From UHGV virus genome UHGV-1354494: 40,788 nt of DNA; one strand, 5' to 3'. The stretch comes from a virus. The notes under the pieces were generated by a model. It saw nothing but the letters and a program-made list of their open reading frames with translations. It was not told the origin of the DNA and did no database searches. The translations under genes and the position numbers were made by a program. This document shows positions 1 to 9,927 of this stretch, in pieces (within the stretch, counting starts at the first letter, position 1; the number at the start of each line of letters is the position of its first letter).

Positions 1-1140
1 AATGTGACCATAACCCCGGTGAGCAGCTCCTCATCCGGGAGCCCGGCCACAAACTACCTCACTGGATACCAGTACCAGAAATATACTCCATCCAGTAAGG
101 TAACGGACTATGCAGATAAACTGGCCGATCTGGAAGACAGCAAACCGGATGCGTACGTAAGCAAGTATGACAGCACCATTGATGATCTCATAGACAGTAT
201 CCTAAACCGGGAACAGTTTGACCCCAACAGCGTGTATGATACGGATCTGTATAAAAACTATCGCGAGCAGTATATGCAGCAGGGGAACAAAGCCATGCGG
301 GATACCATAGGCAATATATCCGGCATGACAGGAGGATATGGATCCACATACGCCACGGCCGCAGGACAGCAGGCATACGATAACTATCTTAGCCAGTTGG
401 GAGATAAAACCCTTGATATCTATGACCGTGTATATCAGCAGTATCTTAATGAGGGCCAGGAGCTGTACAACCAGTTAGGGATGGTCAACAATCAGGACAG
501 CATTGACTACGGCCGTTACCGGGATACGGTCAGTGATTATTATAATGACCTTAACTATTATGCAGGCCGGTATGATAGTTCCTACAATCAGGATTTCGGC
601 GAATACCAGTATGACCAGGATGCAATGAGATGGGCAGAAGAATATGCTTACCAGAAGACCCAGGATGCCCTGGCGCAGCAGAACTGGCAGACCCAGTTTG
701 ACTACCAGAAAGAGCAGGATGCATTGCAATATGCGCTCCAGCAGCAACAGCTGGCCCTGTCGGCCTCCAGATCCAGCAGTGGAGGAAGCAGCAAAAGCAG
801 TAAGACCAGCACCAATGCTTATCTTACTAAGGCCATAAACATGCTGAGCGGCACAGATGGGAGCGATACCCACAAATATCAAAGCAGGACGGTATCGAAT
901 TACCTCAAAAACCAGTATGGGTTATCCACGGAAGAGGCAGAGTACATAACTTCTCAGGCAAATGCGGAAATACAGAAAACAACAAACGCCAATACGGATA
1001 AATACTATGAATATGCAGCTACATATGCCAAGGAACATGATGCAGATGAAGTATTTGATTACCTGAACCGGTACTACGAAAATAATAAGATTAGCGCAGA
1101 GGAAGCGGATGAGATTTATCGTAGGCTGGGATTGGATTAA
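1..1140 (+). CDS. Y/Q/D/S-rich hypothetical virion protein; 5' end runs off the window and may be continuous with the ORF at 40591-40788.
   Basis: Long ORF open from base 1 in frame with the GTG at 4. Low-complexity S/T/N-rich start matches the composition of the ORF that runs off the 3' end. Sits immediately upstream of the giant gene and is translationally coupled to it (stop 1140, RBS ggaggaaat, ATG 1150). Confidence 0.5.
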   Translation, partial: NVTITPVSSSSSGSPATNYLTGYQYQKYTPSSKVTDYADKLADLEDSKPDAYVSKYDSTIDDLIDSILNREQFDPNSVYDTDLYKNYREQYMQQGNKAMRDTIGNISGMTGGYGSTYATAAGQQAYDNYLSQLGDKTLDIYDRVYQQYLNEGQELYNQLGMVNNQDSIDYGRYRDTVSDYYNDLNYYAGRYDSSYNQDFGEYQYDQDAMRWAEEYAYQKTQDALAQQNWQTQFDYQKEQDALQYALQQQQLALSASRSSSGGSSKSSKTSTNAYLTKAINMLSGTDGSDTHKYQSRTVSNYLKNQYGLSTEEAEYITSQANAEIQKTTNANTDKYYEYAATYAKEHDADEVFDYLNRYYENNKISAEEADEIYRRLGLD

Positions 1141-1149
1141 GGAGGAAAT

Positions 1150-4100
1150 ATGTCATTTAGCAGCCGATTAAAAGAAAAGCAGGAGAAAGAAAGGGAGCAG
1201 CAAGGGAAAGAGAGAGCACAGAGGATTGTAAGGAGCGGAGAAAGCTCCTCGCAGAAACCGGTCAATGCGTTCCTGGAGCACAGACAGGCGCGGCAGAGGG
1301 AACAGGATGCACAGATGAAACAGGCAGCCCAGGCGGATCACACCATGGAAAAGACAGATTTCTTCCGCGCGGATCGTGAACAAGCGGCAAAGGACTACAC
1401 AAAGCAGAGGCTCAGCCGGTTCCAGTCGGATTTCTATGGAAACCTCACGCCCAATACATATCTGGATTCTGCCAGCAGCGAGGAACTGTCAGCACTAAGA
1501 AATGCGGAGAAGAACCGGGGGAAGCTGGCAGATATGGCAGAGGAATATGCCAGGATCCGAACAAACCGTCCGAACAATACCGTTATCACAAACAATCTGG
1601 ATACGGCTGGCAGTGAAGATTTGTCTGCATGGGCCAAGCAGGCAAAGGAGGCCAATAAAAAAGCCTACCAAAATCAGAAAGCCATGGATCAGATCGGGTT
1701 CAAGGACGAGGCAGGGGCATTCCATCGATATGACAGCCTGGAAAGGCAGGAACCCGACTTTGCTGAGATGGTAGGAGCCGGGAAGGAAAGAGACAACATC
1801 TTTGACCCGACAGCCTCTTATAGCCCTCTGGACTACCTGAACAAAGACAAACGGGCAGTAATCCAGGGATCCCAGTATAATTTCACTAAAATGACGGATA
1901 CAGAAAAGGATCTATATTATTATCTAAACGGGAAATACGGCCCCCAGGCCGCAGCCAAGTACATAAAGACACTGGGATCGGAACTGAACCGGAGGAATGT
2001 GGAGGATGTACAGGAAAGCGCATCTTCCCTGGCGAAAGAACACCCTGTCCTGGGCGTGGGGCTGGATGCCGGTATCGCAATGGCAGGGAGCGGGGCATAC
2101 CCTGTCCTGCTGGCAGAACAGGCATATAATAATATGATGGGCAGATATGATGATATCGATCCCAATGCCCCGCTGTTTGGATCCTCAGTATTGGGAGAGG
2201 GAATCCGCACGGGAATAACAAACAACGAGGCCCTGAGCAGAGCCATACCCAACGAAGGATTAAGGAACTTCCTTGTCGGGACTGGATTATCCATGACGGA
2301 AAACCTTGCAAGGCTGCCGCTGGGACACTATGGACTTGCAGCCGCCGCAGGAGGAGCTGGACTTTCGGGGACCAGGGAGGCGGTGCAGCGGGGAGGAGAT
2401 AATGGCCAGGCAATTGCATTGGGAATGGCAAATGCAGCGGCAGAGGCATTCTTTGAGAAGTTCTCGCTGGAGGGACTGGAAACCATGAAGGCGGCTCCCG
2501 GTAAAGGAGTAAGGGAATTCTTGAAGAACGTAGGGAAACAGGCCGTGACCGAAGGCTCAGAAGAGGTGTTCACAGAGATAGCAAACAGCATTTCGGATCG
2601 GGCCATCATGGGGGAACTGTCCCAATATCACCTTGCATACGAAACCTATAAAGCACAGGGGATGGATGAGAAGACGGCCAAACAGCAGGCGTTTTTAGAT
2701 TTTATGAAAAACGTAGGGGAAGCAGGCCTGGGAGGTGCATTATCAGGCGGTGTCATGGGTGCTGGAGGTCAGGCATTAGGGAAGATGCAGGAAAGCCATG
2801 CACTTAACCAATATGGAAAGGGCCTGGATGTAGATTACAGAGACTATGTCAATGGATTTTCAGGTATCCAGCAGGAAAGCTATGCAGACCCGACAGATTA
2901 TCAGGAAGCAGTGGATCTCCAGCAGATCGCCCAGGAATATGCCGATAGACAAAAAAACAAGGAGACCATATCAAACCGGGACAAAGCAGAATATGACCTC
3001 CGCTTCCGTCAGTTTGCGGAGAATACCCTGCGCCACAATGAAGAAAAAACTGCTCAAGAAACGAACCAGAATAACCAGCAGACGGAGGAAACACAGCAAT
3101 CAGAACAAACATACACCGAAGCCCCAAAAGCCGAATATGAGCCGTACAGTGAGCCGGAGACCATCCAGGACCATACCCCGGATGCAGCAGAGGAAGGACC
3201 GGAACCGGCCGCCCCACAGGGCCAGCCTGCCCTTAAGCAGGAGACCACCCAAGAAGCCGTATATACACCCGCAGAGACATCCCCACAGGATCAGACAAAA
3301 GTATACCGGAAACCATACGGTAAGAATGGGCAGAAAGCCTTAGAAAAAGGATATGACGGGAGCATTGAGCTGTCCACATACAATAAGGCCTTTGGCCGCG
3401 CCTATGATGCTGGTTATTATAATGTAGATATAGATATCGCGGAACGGTCAGCGATCCGTTCGGTCATAGGCAATGATCAATTCTTGGAAGCGTATAAAGC
3501 AGGTGCCCAGGATTACAACCTGGAAAGCAAGGTGCAGCAGACAAACATGATCCAGGGCGCCCCAAAGGTTGGAGGATTGGGAACCGTATCGGAAAATGCC
3601 ACAACCGCACAGAGAAAAGTCGCAGAGCATATAGGAAAGGCAACGGGCCTGAAAATCAACCTGGTAGACGGGATGGATCAGTCCAATGCAACCGGTTCCT
3701 ACAGGAACGGGGAGATCACCATATCCATCAACAGTAGCGACTTCAACGGATCCCTCACCCACGAACTAACACACCACATCAAAGAGTACTCTCCAAAAGG
3801 ATACAGGCTGTACACAGAAATCGCCGTAGAAGCTCTCATGAGATCAGAGAACACCTCTCTGGAGAACATTGTGGAGAGATATACAAACCAGTATGCAGAT
3901 GCCGGCCAGGAACTGACCCGGGAAGAGGTCATGGAAGAGATCGTGGCAGATGCCACGCAGAAGTTCTTCAATGATACAGAATTTATCAACTCAATCGTGA
4001 ACAAGGATAAGACGATCGCGCAGCGGATCACAGACTTTTTGTCGGATGTGATTGATTCCCTTAAGCAGCTGGTGAAAAACGGAAGCACCAGGGCAGCCGC

Positions 4101-7100
4101 AAAGGGCCTGGAAGAGGACCTGAGATACTATGAGGATGCCAGGGATGCCTGGATGCAGGCATTGGCAGATGCCGGGGAAACCTATAAATCAGGCATAGAG
4201 ACCCAAAAGGAAGGACAGAAAGAAAGGAATGCCCTGGAGAAACCGGATCAGGTAACGGAGCGGCACATCGAAGATAATTATCATACGGTAGTAAATATGG
4301 AGCCTGTAAGTTATCTTAAGGGAAACGAATTTATGAAGGGAGACAAGAACCTGGGACAACAAGTACGGGAATATTTTGCTTCCTTTGGGAATGTGGTACA
4401 CAATGATGTGGTAGGAGATATTATCATAAATAACCGTTCCTTTAAGGATGATTCTTCTCATGGGCTTGGCCGCCTTAAATCCATGACATTCAAAGCAGTG
4501 CCGGAGGTATTGAAAAATGGAAAAATTCTGAATCATTCAAAGAACTGGAAAGAAAGAGGGTATGATTCTGTAATAATTGGAGCAAAGATCAATATTGAAT
4601 CCGGGGAATACGAAGGAGATTATTATGAATTGTGCGTTGTAAAGGTAGATGAGAGCAATCGATTATATCTCCATGAAGTCCATACAACAAAGATGGATGA
4701 AGCTTCGTTCAAGACCGGGGCCACTCAAAAGAGCGGCTTGCCCGGCGAAGCTATACATCCATCTATCTATAGTATATTCGACAAACTGCTCAATGTCAAC
4801 GGAGAAGAAACGAAAAATCAAAGCGGAAAAATGAGGCTCCAGTTGGAGGATGCAGATATTGATCCGAATGACGTGAAACGCCTCCAGGAACAAAACCAGA
4901 TCCTGAGGGAAGCAAACGAACTGTTACAGGAACAGTTCAAACTCACCTCCCGGGAAGACACGCGCCAGGAGGACATAACTAAGATAGCGAAAGGGATTTT
5001 GAGCAAGTATCAAAGCGATTACAGCGAGAAAGTATTAATCAGCAACCTGACAAAGCTGTATGAGTATATCAGGAGTACTGGACAGGTAGATCGGGATGGA
5101 TTGACGGAAGCGGCTTCTGGGATCGCCAGAGGGATCCTGAAACAGACGAAATCACAAAAGCAGAGGCAGGAAGCCGACCTTGTCGAACGGTATAAAGGGG
5201 TAAGAAAGGAAATAAAGAATACCAAGATCAAGTTATCCGATCAGGATAAAGCTGACCTCGGACAGATGGGAGGCTATGAAGCATTCCGCAAAAAGTATTT
5301 TGGAAGGATCACGCTAAGCAAGGATGGTACATCCATTGACAGCCTGTACCAGGAATTAAGTGCACAGCACCCGGAATTGTTCCCGGCTGATATCACCCAC
5401 CCGGCCGACCAGCTGATGGCCGTTGCCCATGCCATTGACCAGACCCAGGAATATGTCCAGAACCCATACCATGCAGATATGGATGAGATGTCCTATATCG
5501 TAGGCCAGGAGATCATACAGTCCTATTTTGAGATCCAGAATAAGATCCCCACGTTTGCGGATCAGAAGGAAGCACAGCTGAATCAGGCCAAAGCCGACTA
5601 TGTATCCAAAATGAAGAAATATCAGGGTGATTTCAATCGAAAGATAAATCAATACAAAGCGGAACTGAATGACCGGTATACAAAGGGGATCCGTGAAGCC
5701 AATAAAGATATCGCCAATGAACGCCAGATCCTGGCAGGACAGCTGAAGCGGGCAAAGGAGCGGATGGAGAATGCAATCGGGGACGAATGGAATGAGGCGA
5801 AGAAAGAATATAATGAACTCATGGAAAGAGGCAGGGATTTAAACCGACAGGAAGCCCAGATCCGATACGTCCTGAACCCCAAAAAGTATGTAGAAAGCAT
5901 GCAAAAGGTGCGGGAGAACAAACAGAAAAGCTCCAATAAGCAGAAAATCATCAAAGATACCATGACGATCCAGAACTGGCTTCTGAAGCCGGATAATAAG
6001 AAACATGTGCCGGATGAAGTAAAAGGAATCGCGCTGGAATTTATCAAGAGCATTGACTACAGTTCAAAGTATCTGAACCAGAAAGGGGAACCGACCCAGC
6101 GTACCAGAGCATGGGATGCCCTCCAGAAGTTCTATGAATCCGTAAAAGACGGAGGGGAATGGATGGGGGAGAACAAAGAATCTGTATACTTTGACTGCGA
6201 TCCAGATATGATTAACCGGATGATGGAACTGAAGGAAAAGGTATATGATATCGAACGCTTGGAAGACCTGAGTCCACGCGAGATGGAATCCCTCCAAAAA
6301 GTAGTGAGTTCCATGAAAAAGACCATCATGGAGATGAATGACCTGAAAGCCAACAAGACGGCGAAACGGGTAGAAGAACTGGCCGGAAAAGCGCTGGGGG
6401 ATCTGGGAAAGATAGCAGGAGAAAACGGGCGAACTGAATATGGAGGCACAGCAGGATACGCAGATAAACTCCTAAACTATGACAACCTGACTCCATATAC
6501 CTTTTTCTGGAAGATGGGGAACGCTATGGAATCCATGTACAGCACTTTCAGGGGCGCAGCAGATAAAAAGACAACCATGCTGAAAGAGGCAGAGGATTAC
6601 ATAGCAGATGTAAAGAAGGAACTGAAGTTGACCCGAAAGGAGATATTGAAATGGTCTGGACCGGAGGCAAAGAAACAGACGTTCCAGGTAACAGGGGGAA
6701 GAATCACCTTGACACCGGCCCAGATCATGTCCTTGTACGAAGCGAACAAGAGAGGACAGGCCAGGGGACATATATATGGAGATGGAATAAGGAGCGCGCC
6801 GAAGCTGGCAAAAGAAAAAGGCGTAAAAGGAGCACTTAAGCCATCTCAGATCATAAAAAGCTATAAGCCGGTAAAAGTCAGTCCAGCAGATGTGGAGAAT
6901 ATCACAAGCACACTGACACCAAAACAGAAACAGTTCGCAGATGCAATACAGGAATTCCTTTCAACAAGGGCGGCTGACTGGGGGAATGAAGCATCGCTTC
7001 TGATGTATGGCTATAAGAAGTTCGTGACGAGGGATTATTTCCCCATATTAACTGATGGAAACTATATCCAGAGCAAGGAAGGGGACCTGAAAAACATGCA

Positions 7101-9225
7101 GACCACCATCCGTAACCTGGGCATGACCAAAAATACGACACCGCATGCCAATAATGCGGTTGTCATGGATGATATCCTTGATATCTTTTCCAGACACATT
7201 GACCAGATGAGTACATACAGCGCATTCCTCGCCCCACTTTCTGATTTCAACAAAGTGTATAATTATAAGAATCGGGAAAAAATGGTCAGCATCAAGCAGG
7301 AGATTGAACGGGCCATGGGCAGCCAGGCCCAGGATTATATCCAGAACCTGATCCATGACATCAATAGTGACTTCAAAGGGGATAACAACATTTTTGAAAA
7401 ATTCCTGTCAAACCAAAAAGCGGCGGCGGTAGCAGGGAGTATCAGCGTTGCAGTCCAGCAGCCATCCTCCATCCTGCGTGCTATGGCTGAAATCGATCCT
7501 AAATACCTGGGAAAAGGCATAGCTACATTCACAAGGAAGGGCCAGTGGGATCTGATCTGTAAATATGCCCCGATCGCGCAGTGGAAGGACTGGGGGTTCT
7601 ACCAGATGAACACAAGCCGATCCATCAAGGATATCATGTTTGAAACGGACAGCACACTGAGGCGCTTTACAAATAGGACTATGGTACTGGCAGAAAGAGG
7701 AGACCGCCTTGCCTGGAACCGGATCTGGAGGGCCTGTGAAAACGAGATAAGCGATAAACATAAGGACCTGAAGCCGGGAACGGAGGAATACTACCAAAAG
7801 GTAGGAGAACGCTTCTCGGAGATCATAGACAGGACACAGGTGGTGGATTCAGTCCTCCACCGCTCCCAGATCATGAGAAGGAAAGACCTGGGATTAAAAA
7901 CAGCAACCGCCTTCATGGGAGAACCGACCAGCACTTACAACATGCTTTACCGCGCAGCGGAAGGGATAAAACAGAAACGCCCCCATGCAAAGGCAAAGGC
8001 CGCCAAAACAGCCGGAGCGATTGCAGCAACCATGGTGCTGGGGGCTGCATTCAAGTCACTCGCCACTGCCCCCAGGGATGACGACCGGGATAAGGGCCTG
8101 CTGGATAAATACACGGATGCTTTCTGGGATAACCTGCTTGATTCCATTAACCCCTTAGGACTGGTGCCGTTTGGGAAAGATGTTGCATCCATTTGGCAGG
8201 GATACTCCGCAACAAGAATGGATGTCCAGGGAGTACAGGATGTTAAAAATGCAAATGATAAGATATGGAAGCTGATAGAAGGGGATAACACCATGACCCC
8301 GCAATACACCGCCGTATACGCATCAAAAATGCTGGGGAACCTTTTCGGGACACCGGCAAGCAATATCGCGAGAGAAATAGAAACCGGCTTAAATGTATAT
8401 CATCAATACATCAACAAAGGGCTTGAGGATGATTATGAATGGGCCAGACAGAAATATGAGATCAAGAACAAATCAAACCTGACCATATATGTGGATATGA
8501 TGATCGAAGCGCAGAGGAATGGGAACAAAGACCTGGAAAAACGGATCAAGACCGACTTAAACAAGAACGAAATTGATAATGAGACCATAACCGCCAAAAT
8601 CAAATCCCTCATAAAGGGAGAACTTATCTCAAAGGACCATGTGGATCCGAGGATCGAGGAAGCAGCCCAGGCCAGGATGGCAGCGGATACAGAATCCTAT
8701 AAAGCAGCGGTCAGTGAACTGATTGCAGAGGGATATGCCGGAAAGCTGGTAAGCTCCGCTGTAGACACCAGGATCAACCAGTTAAGCGGGGAAGAGGAGA
8801 TTGACTGGGAGGAAGAGGCCGCAACGGATCCAGATGAACTGTACGGAGAGATCCTGACTGGAGAAGCGGAAGGGGAAGACTGGGATATATATTCGTCCGC
8901 AGATATCCTGAAAGCAGTTGACCAGGTGGGAACCACCGTGGAAAGCGCAAAAGCCTTTAAAAAGATCACAACCGAAATCGTAGACACCAAAGTCAAAGCC
9001 GGAAAGACCAAAAATGATGCCATAGGGGATATCAAGTCCTCCATCAGCCGCAGATACAAGCAGGAATGGATTGAGGCCTACCTGGCCAAAGATCAGAAAG
9101 GATACGAAGCAATCATGGCCAAACTGAACCGCCTGACAGTGAATGGAAAGAACCTGTACACGGGAGAGGATTATACCAAGTGGAGAAAAGAAGCGAAGGA
9201 GAAAGAAAAGGAAGGAAAAAAGTAG
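1150..9225 (+). CDS. Giant 2691-aa multidomain protein: charged/coiled N-terminus, Gly/Ala-zipper hydrophobic segments (about nt 2040-2790), HExxH zincin-like motif (HELTHH, nt 3760-3777), many coiled-coil stretches. Candidate ejected polyvalent virion protein or an atypical tape-measure-like protein.
   Basis: Uninterrupted 8 kb ORF with RBS aaggaggaaatATG. Shows GxxxG/AxxxA-rich hydrophobic segments typical of tape-measure and ejection proteins. Shows a HExxH preceded by a beta-strand-like segment, as in minimal zincins (ArdC/SprT-like) of phage polyvalent proteins. Followed by a rho-independent terminator. Confidence 0.85.
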   Translation: MSFSSRLKEKQEKEREQQGKERAQRIVRSGESSSQKPVNAFLEHRQARQREQDAQMKQAAQADHTMEKTDFFRADREQAAKDYTKQRLSRFQSDFYGNLTPNTYLDSASSEELSALRNAEKNRGKLADMAEEYARIRTNRPNNTVITNNLDTAGSEDLSAWAKQAKEANKKAYQNQKAMDQIGFKDEAGAFHRYDSLERQEPDFAEMVGAGKERDNIFDPTASYSPLDYLNKDKRAVIQGSQYNFTKMTDTEKDLYYYLNGKYGPQAAAKYIKTLGSELNRRNVEDVQESASSLAKEHPVLGVGLDAGIAMAGSGAYPVLLAEQAYNNMMGRYDDIDPNAPLFGSSVLGEGIRTGITNNEALSRAIPNEGLRNFLVGTGLSMTENLARLPLGHYGLAAAAGGAGLSGTREAVQRGGDNGQAIALGMANAAAEAFFEKFSLEGLETMKAAPGKGVREFLKNVGKQAVTEGSEEVFTEIANSISDRAIMGELSQYHLAYETYKAQGMDEKTAKQQAFLDFMKNVGEAGLGGALSGGVMGAGGQALGKMQESHALNQYGKGLDVDYRDYVNGFSGIQQESYADPTDYQEAVDLQQIAQEYADRQKNKETISNRDKAEYDLRFRQFAENTLRHNEEKTAQETNQNNQQTEETQQSEQTYTEAPKAEYEPYSEPETIQDHTPDAAEEGPEPAAPQGQPALKQETTQEAVYTPAETSPQDQTKVYRKPYGKNGQKALEKGYDGSIELSTYNKAFGRAYDAGYYNVDIDIAERSAIRSVIGNDQFLEAYKAGAQDYNLESKVQQTNMIQGAPKVGGLGTVSENATTAQRKVAEHIGKATGLKINLVDGMDQSNATGSYRNGEITISINSSDFNGSLTHELTHHIKEYSPKGYRLYTEIAVEALMRSENTSLENIVERYTNQYADAGQELTREEVMEEIVADATQKFFNDTEFINSIVNKDKTIAQRITDFLSDVIDSLKQLVKNGSTRAAAKGLEEDLRYYEDARDAWMQALADAGETYKSGIETQKEGQKERNALEKPDQVTERHIEDNYHTVVNMEPVSYLKGNEFMKGDKNLGQQVREYFASFGNVVHNDVVGDIIINNRSFKDDSSHGLGRLKSMTFKAVPEVLKNGKILNHSKNWKERGYDSVIIGAKINIESGEYEGDYYELCVVKVDESNRLYLHEVHTTKMDEASFKTGATQKSGLPGEAIHPSIYSIFDKLLNVNGEETKNQSGKMRLQLEDADIDPNDVKRLQEQNQILREANELLQEQFKLTSREDTRQEDITKIAKGILSKYQSDYSEKVLISNLTKLYEYIRSTGQVDRDGLTEAASGIARGILKQTKSQKQRQEADLVERYKGVRKEIKNTKIKLSDQDKADLGQMGGYEAFRKKYFGRITLSKDGTSIDSLYQELSAQHPELFPADITHPADQLMAVAHAIDQTQEYVQNPYHADMDEMSYIVGQEIIQSYFEIQNKIPTFADQKEAQLNQAKADYVSKMKKYQGDFNRKINQYKAELNDRYTKGIREANKDIANERQILAGQLKRAKERMENAIGDEWNEAKKEYNELMERGRDLNRQEAQIRYVLNPKKYVESMQKVRENKQKSSNKQKIIKDTMTIQNWLLKPDNKKHVPDEVKGIALEFIKSIDYSSKYLNQKGEPTQRTRAWDALQKFYESVKDGGEWMGENKESVYFDCDPDMINRMMELKEKVYDIERLEDLSPREMESLQKVVSSMKKTIMEMNDLKANKTAKRVEELAGKALGDLGKIAGENGRTEYGGTAGYADKLLNYDNLTPYTFFWKMGNAMESMYSTFRGAADKKTTMLKEAEDYIADVKKELKLTRKEILKWSGPEAKKQTFQVTGGRITLTPAQIMSLYEANKRGQARGHIYGDGIRSAPKLAKEKGVKGALKPSQIIKSYKPVKVSPADVENITSTLTPKQKQFADAIQEFLSTRAADWGNEASLLMYGYKKFVTRDYFPILTDGNYIQSKEGDLKNMQTTIRNLGMTKNTTPHANNAVVMDDILDIFSRHIDQMSTYSAFLAPLSDFNKVYNYKNREKMVSIKQEIERAMGSQAQDYIQNLIHDINSDFKGDNNIFEKFLSNQKAAAVAGSISVAVQQPSSILRAMAEIDPKYLGKGIATFTRKGQWDLICKYAPIAQWKDWGFYQMNTSRSIKDIMFETDSTLRRFTNRTMVLAERGDRLAWNRIWRACENEISDKHKDLKPGTEEYYQKVGERFSEIIDRTQVVDSVLHRSQIMRRKDLGLKTATAFMGEPTSTYNMLYRAAEGIKQKRPHAKAKAAKTAGAIAATMVLGAAFKSLATAPRDDDRDKGLLDKYTDAFWDNLLDSINPLGLVPFGKDVASIWQGYSATRMDVQGVQDVKNANDKIWKLIEGDNTMTPQYTAVYASKMLGNLFGTPASNIAREIETGLNVYHQYINKGLEDDYEWARQKYEIKNKSNLTIYVDMMIEAQRNGNKDLEKRIKTDLNKNEIDNETITAKIKSLIKGELISKDHVDPRIEEAAQARMAADTESYKAAVSELIAEGYAGKLVSSAVDTRINQLSGEEEIDWEEEAATDPDELYGEILTGEAEGEDWDIYSSADILKAVDQVGTTVESAKAFKKITTEIVDTKVKAGKTKNDAIGDIKSSISRRYKQEWIEAYLAKDQKGYEAIMAKLNRLTVNGKNLYTGEDYTKWRKEAKEKEKEGKK

Positions 9226-9293
9226 AACGCTGTAAATGATTGTGATATACTAAAAGAGCTGTCAAACCTCCAGCAGAAAGGAGGTGATCCTGT

Positions 9294-9380
9294 ATGGATA
9301 ATGTCTCAGCATTTATTATCTCCGTCATAGCAAGTGTAGTTGGCTACTACATATGCAAATGGCTGGATGGAGATGAATAG
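9294..9380 (+). CDS. 28-aa hydrophobic micro-peptide (MDNVSAFIISVIASVVGYYICKWLDGDE).
   Basis: Strong RBS aaaggaggtgatcctgtATG. Single predicted TM helix. A terminator follows directly. Not in the ORF track because it is under 60 aa. Confidence 0.3.
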   Translation: MDNVSAFIISVIASVVGYYICKWLDGDE

Positions 9381-9423
9381 ACAGCAACAGCCTAAACGGA
9401 CTAGCTCACCGTAACGAGCAAGA

Positions 9424-9460
9424 AAAACCCCAGAGTGGCCGCTCTGGGGTTTTTCGCTTT
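9424..9460 (+). terminator. Rho-independent terminator after the giant gene and micro-peptide.
   Basis: Hairpin ccccagag-tggccgc-tctgggg followed by TTTTTCGCTTT. Confidence 0.6.
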
Positions 9461-9753
9461 GTCCTGCATGAATAAAGTATCTCAGCATTTATTTGGCTAA
9501 TATAATAATATGCCCTGCGAAGAGAAAAGTCAATGGAAATTTTAATAAAAAGACCCCGGGCCCGAAGGATGCCGGAGTACGTTCAGTTACTATAATATGC
9601 CCTTTTTAGGGGAAAGTCAATAGGATTTCTCAAAATAGCAAGTTTTGAACAGGTATTGCAAATAATGCGAAAAAAATTCATTAAATACCATAATTTACCA
9701 CTACACCGGTTTATATTCAGGAGTAAAATAATTATATAAGGAGGTGCGTGGAG

Positions 9754-9927
9754 ATGGATAAGGAAACATATAATAATCCATCGGAAGAGATAGAAGAAGA
9801 TGACGAAGAACTGTTAAAAGAATTTGAATGGGCCGAGAACCACATTCCAGATAGTGCTGTTCCGAAGCCAGATCCGGATGCATTTGAAAAAATATGGAGG
9901 AGGATTCAAGAAGAACGCGAACAATAA
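9754..9927 (+). CDS. Small acidic hypothetical protein (57 aa, MDKETYNNPSEEIEEDDEELLKEFEW...).
   Basis: Strong RBS aaggaggtgcgtggagATG. Ends at the bidirectional terminator. Confidence 0.4.
   Translation: MDKETYNNPSEEIEEDDEELLKEFEWAENHIPDSAVPKPDPDAFEKIWRRIQEEREQ

Noticed and set aside
1886-2449. Pro/Leu-rich 187-aa minus-strand ORF. Similar antisense ORFs occur inside the giant gene (for example 5649-6053 and 7408-7797).
   Set aside because: Antisense to the uninterrupted 8-kb coding frame. Low-complexity composition typical of reverse-strand shadows. No RBSs.
1150-9225. Calling the giant protein a conventional tape-measure protein
   Set aside because: No tail tube or frameshifted chaperone pair upstream. 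It carries a HExxH metallopeptidase motif and other globular-looking modules. Tape-measure-like hydrophobic segments are noted in the findings, but the call is left open.
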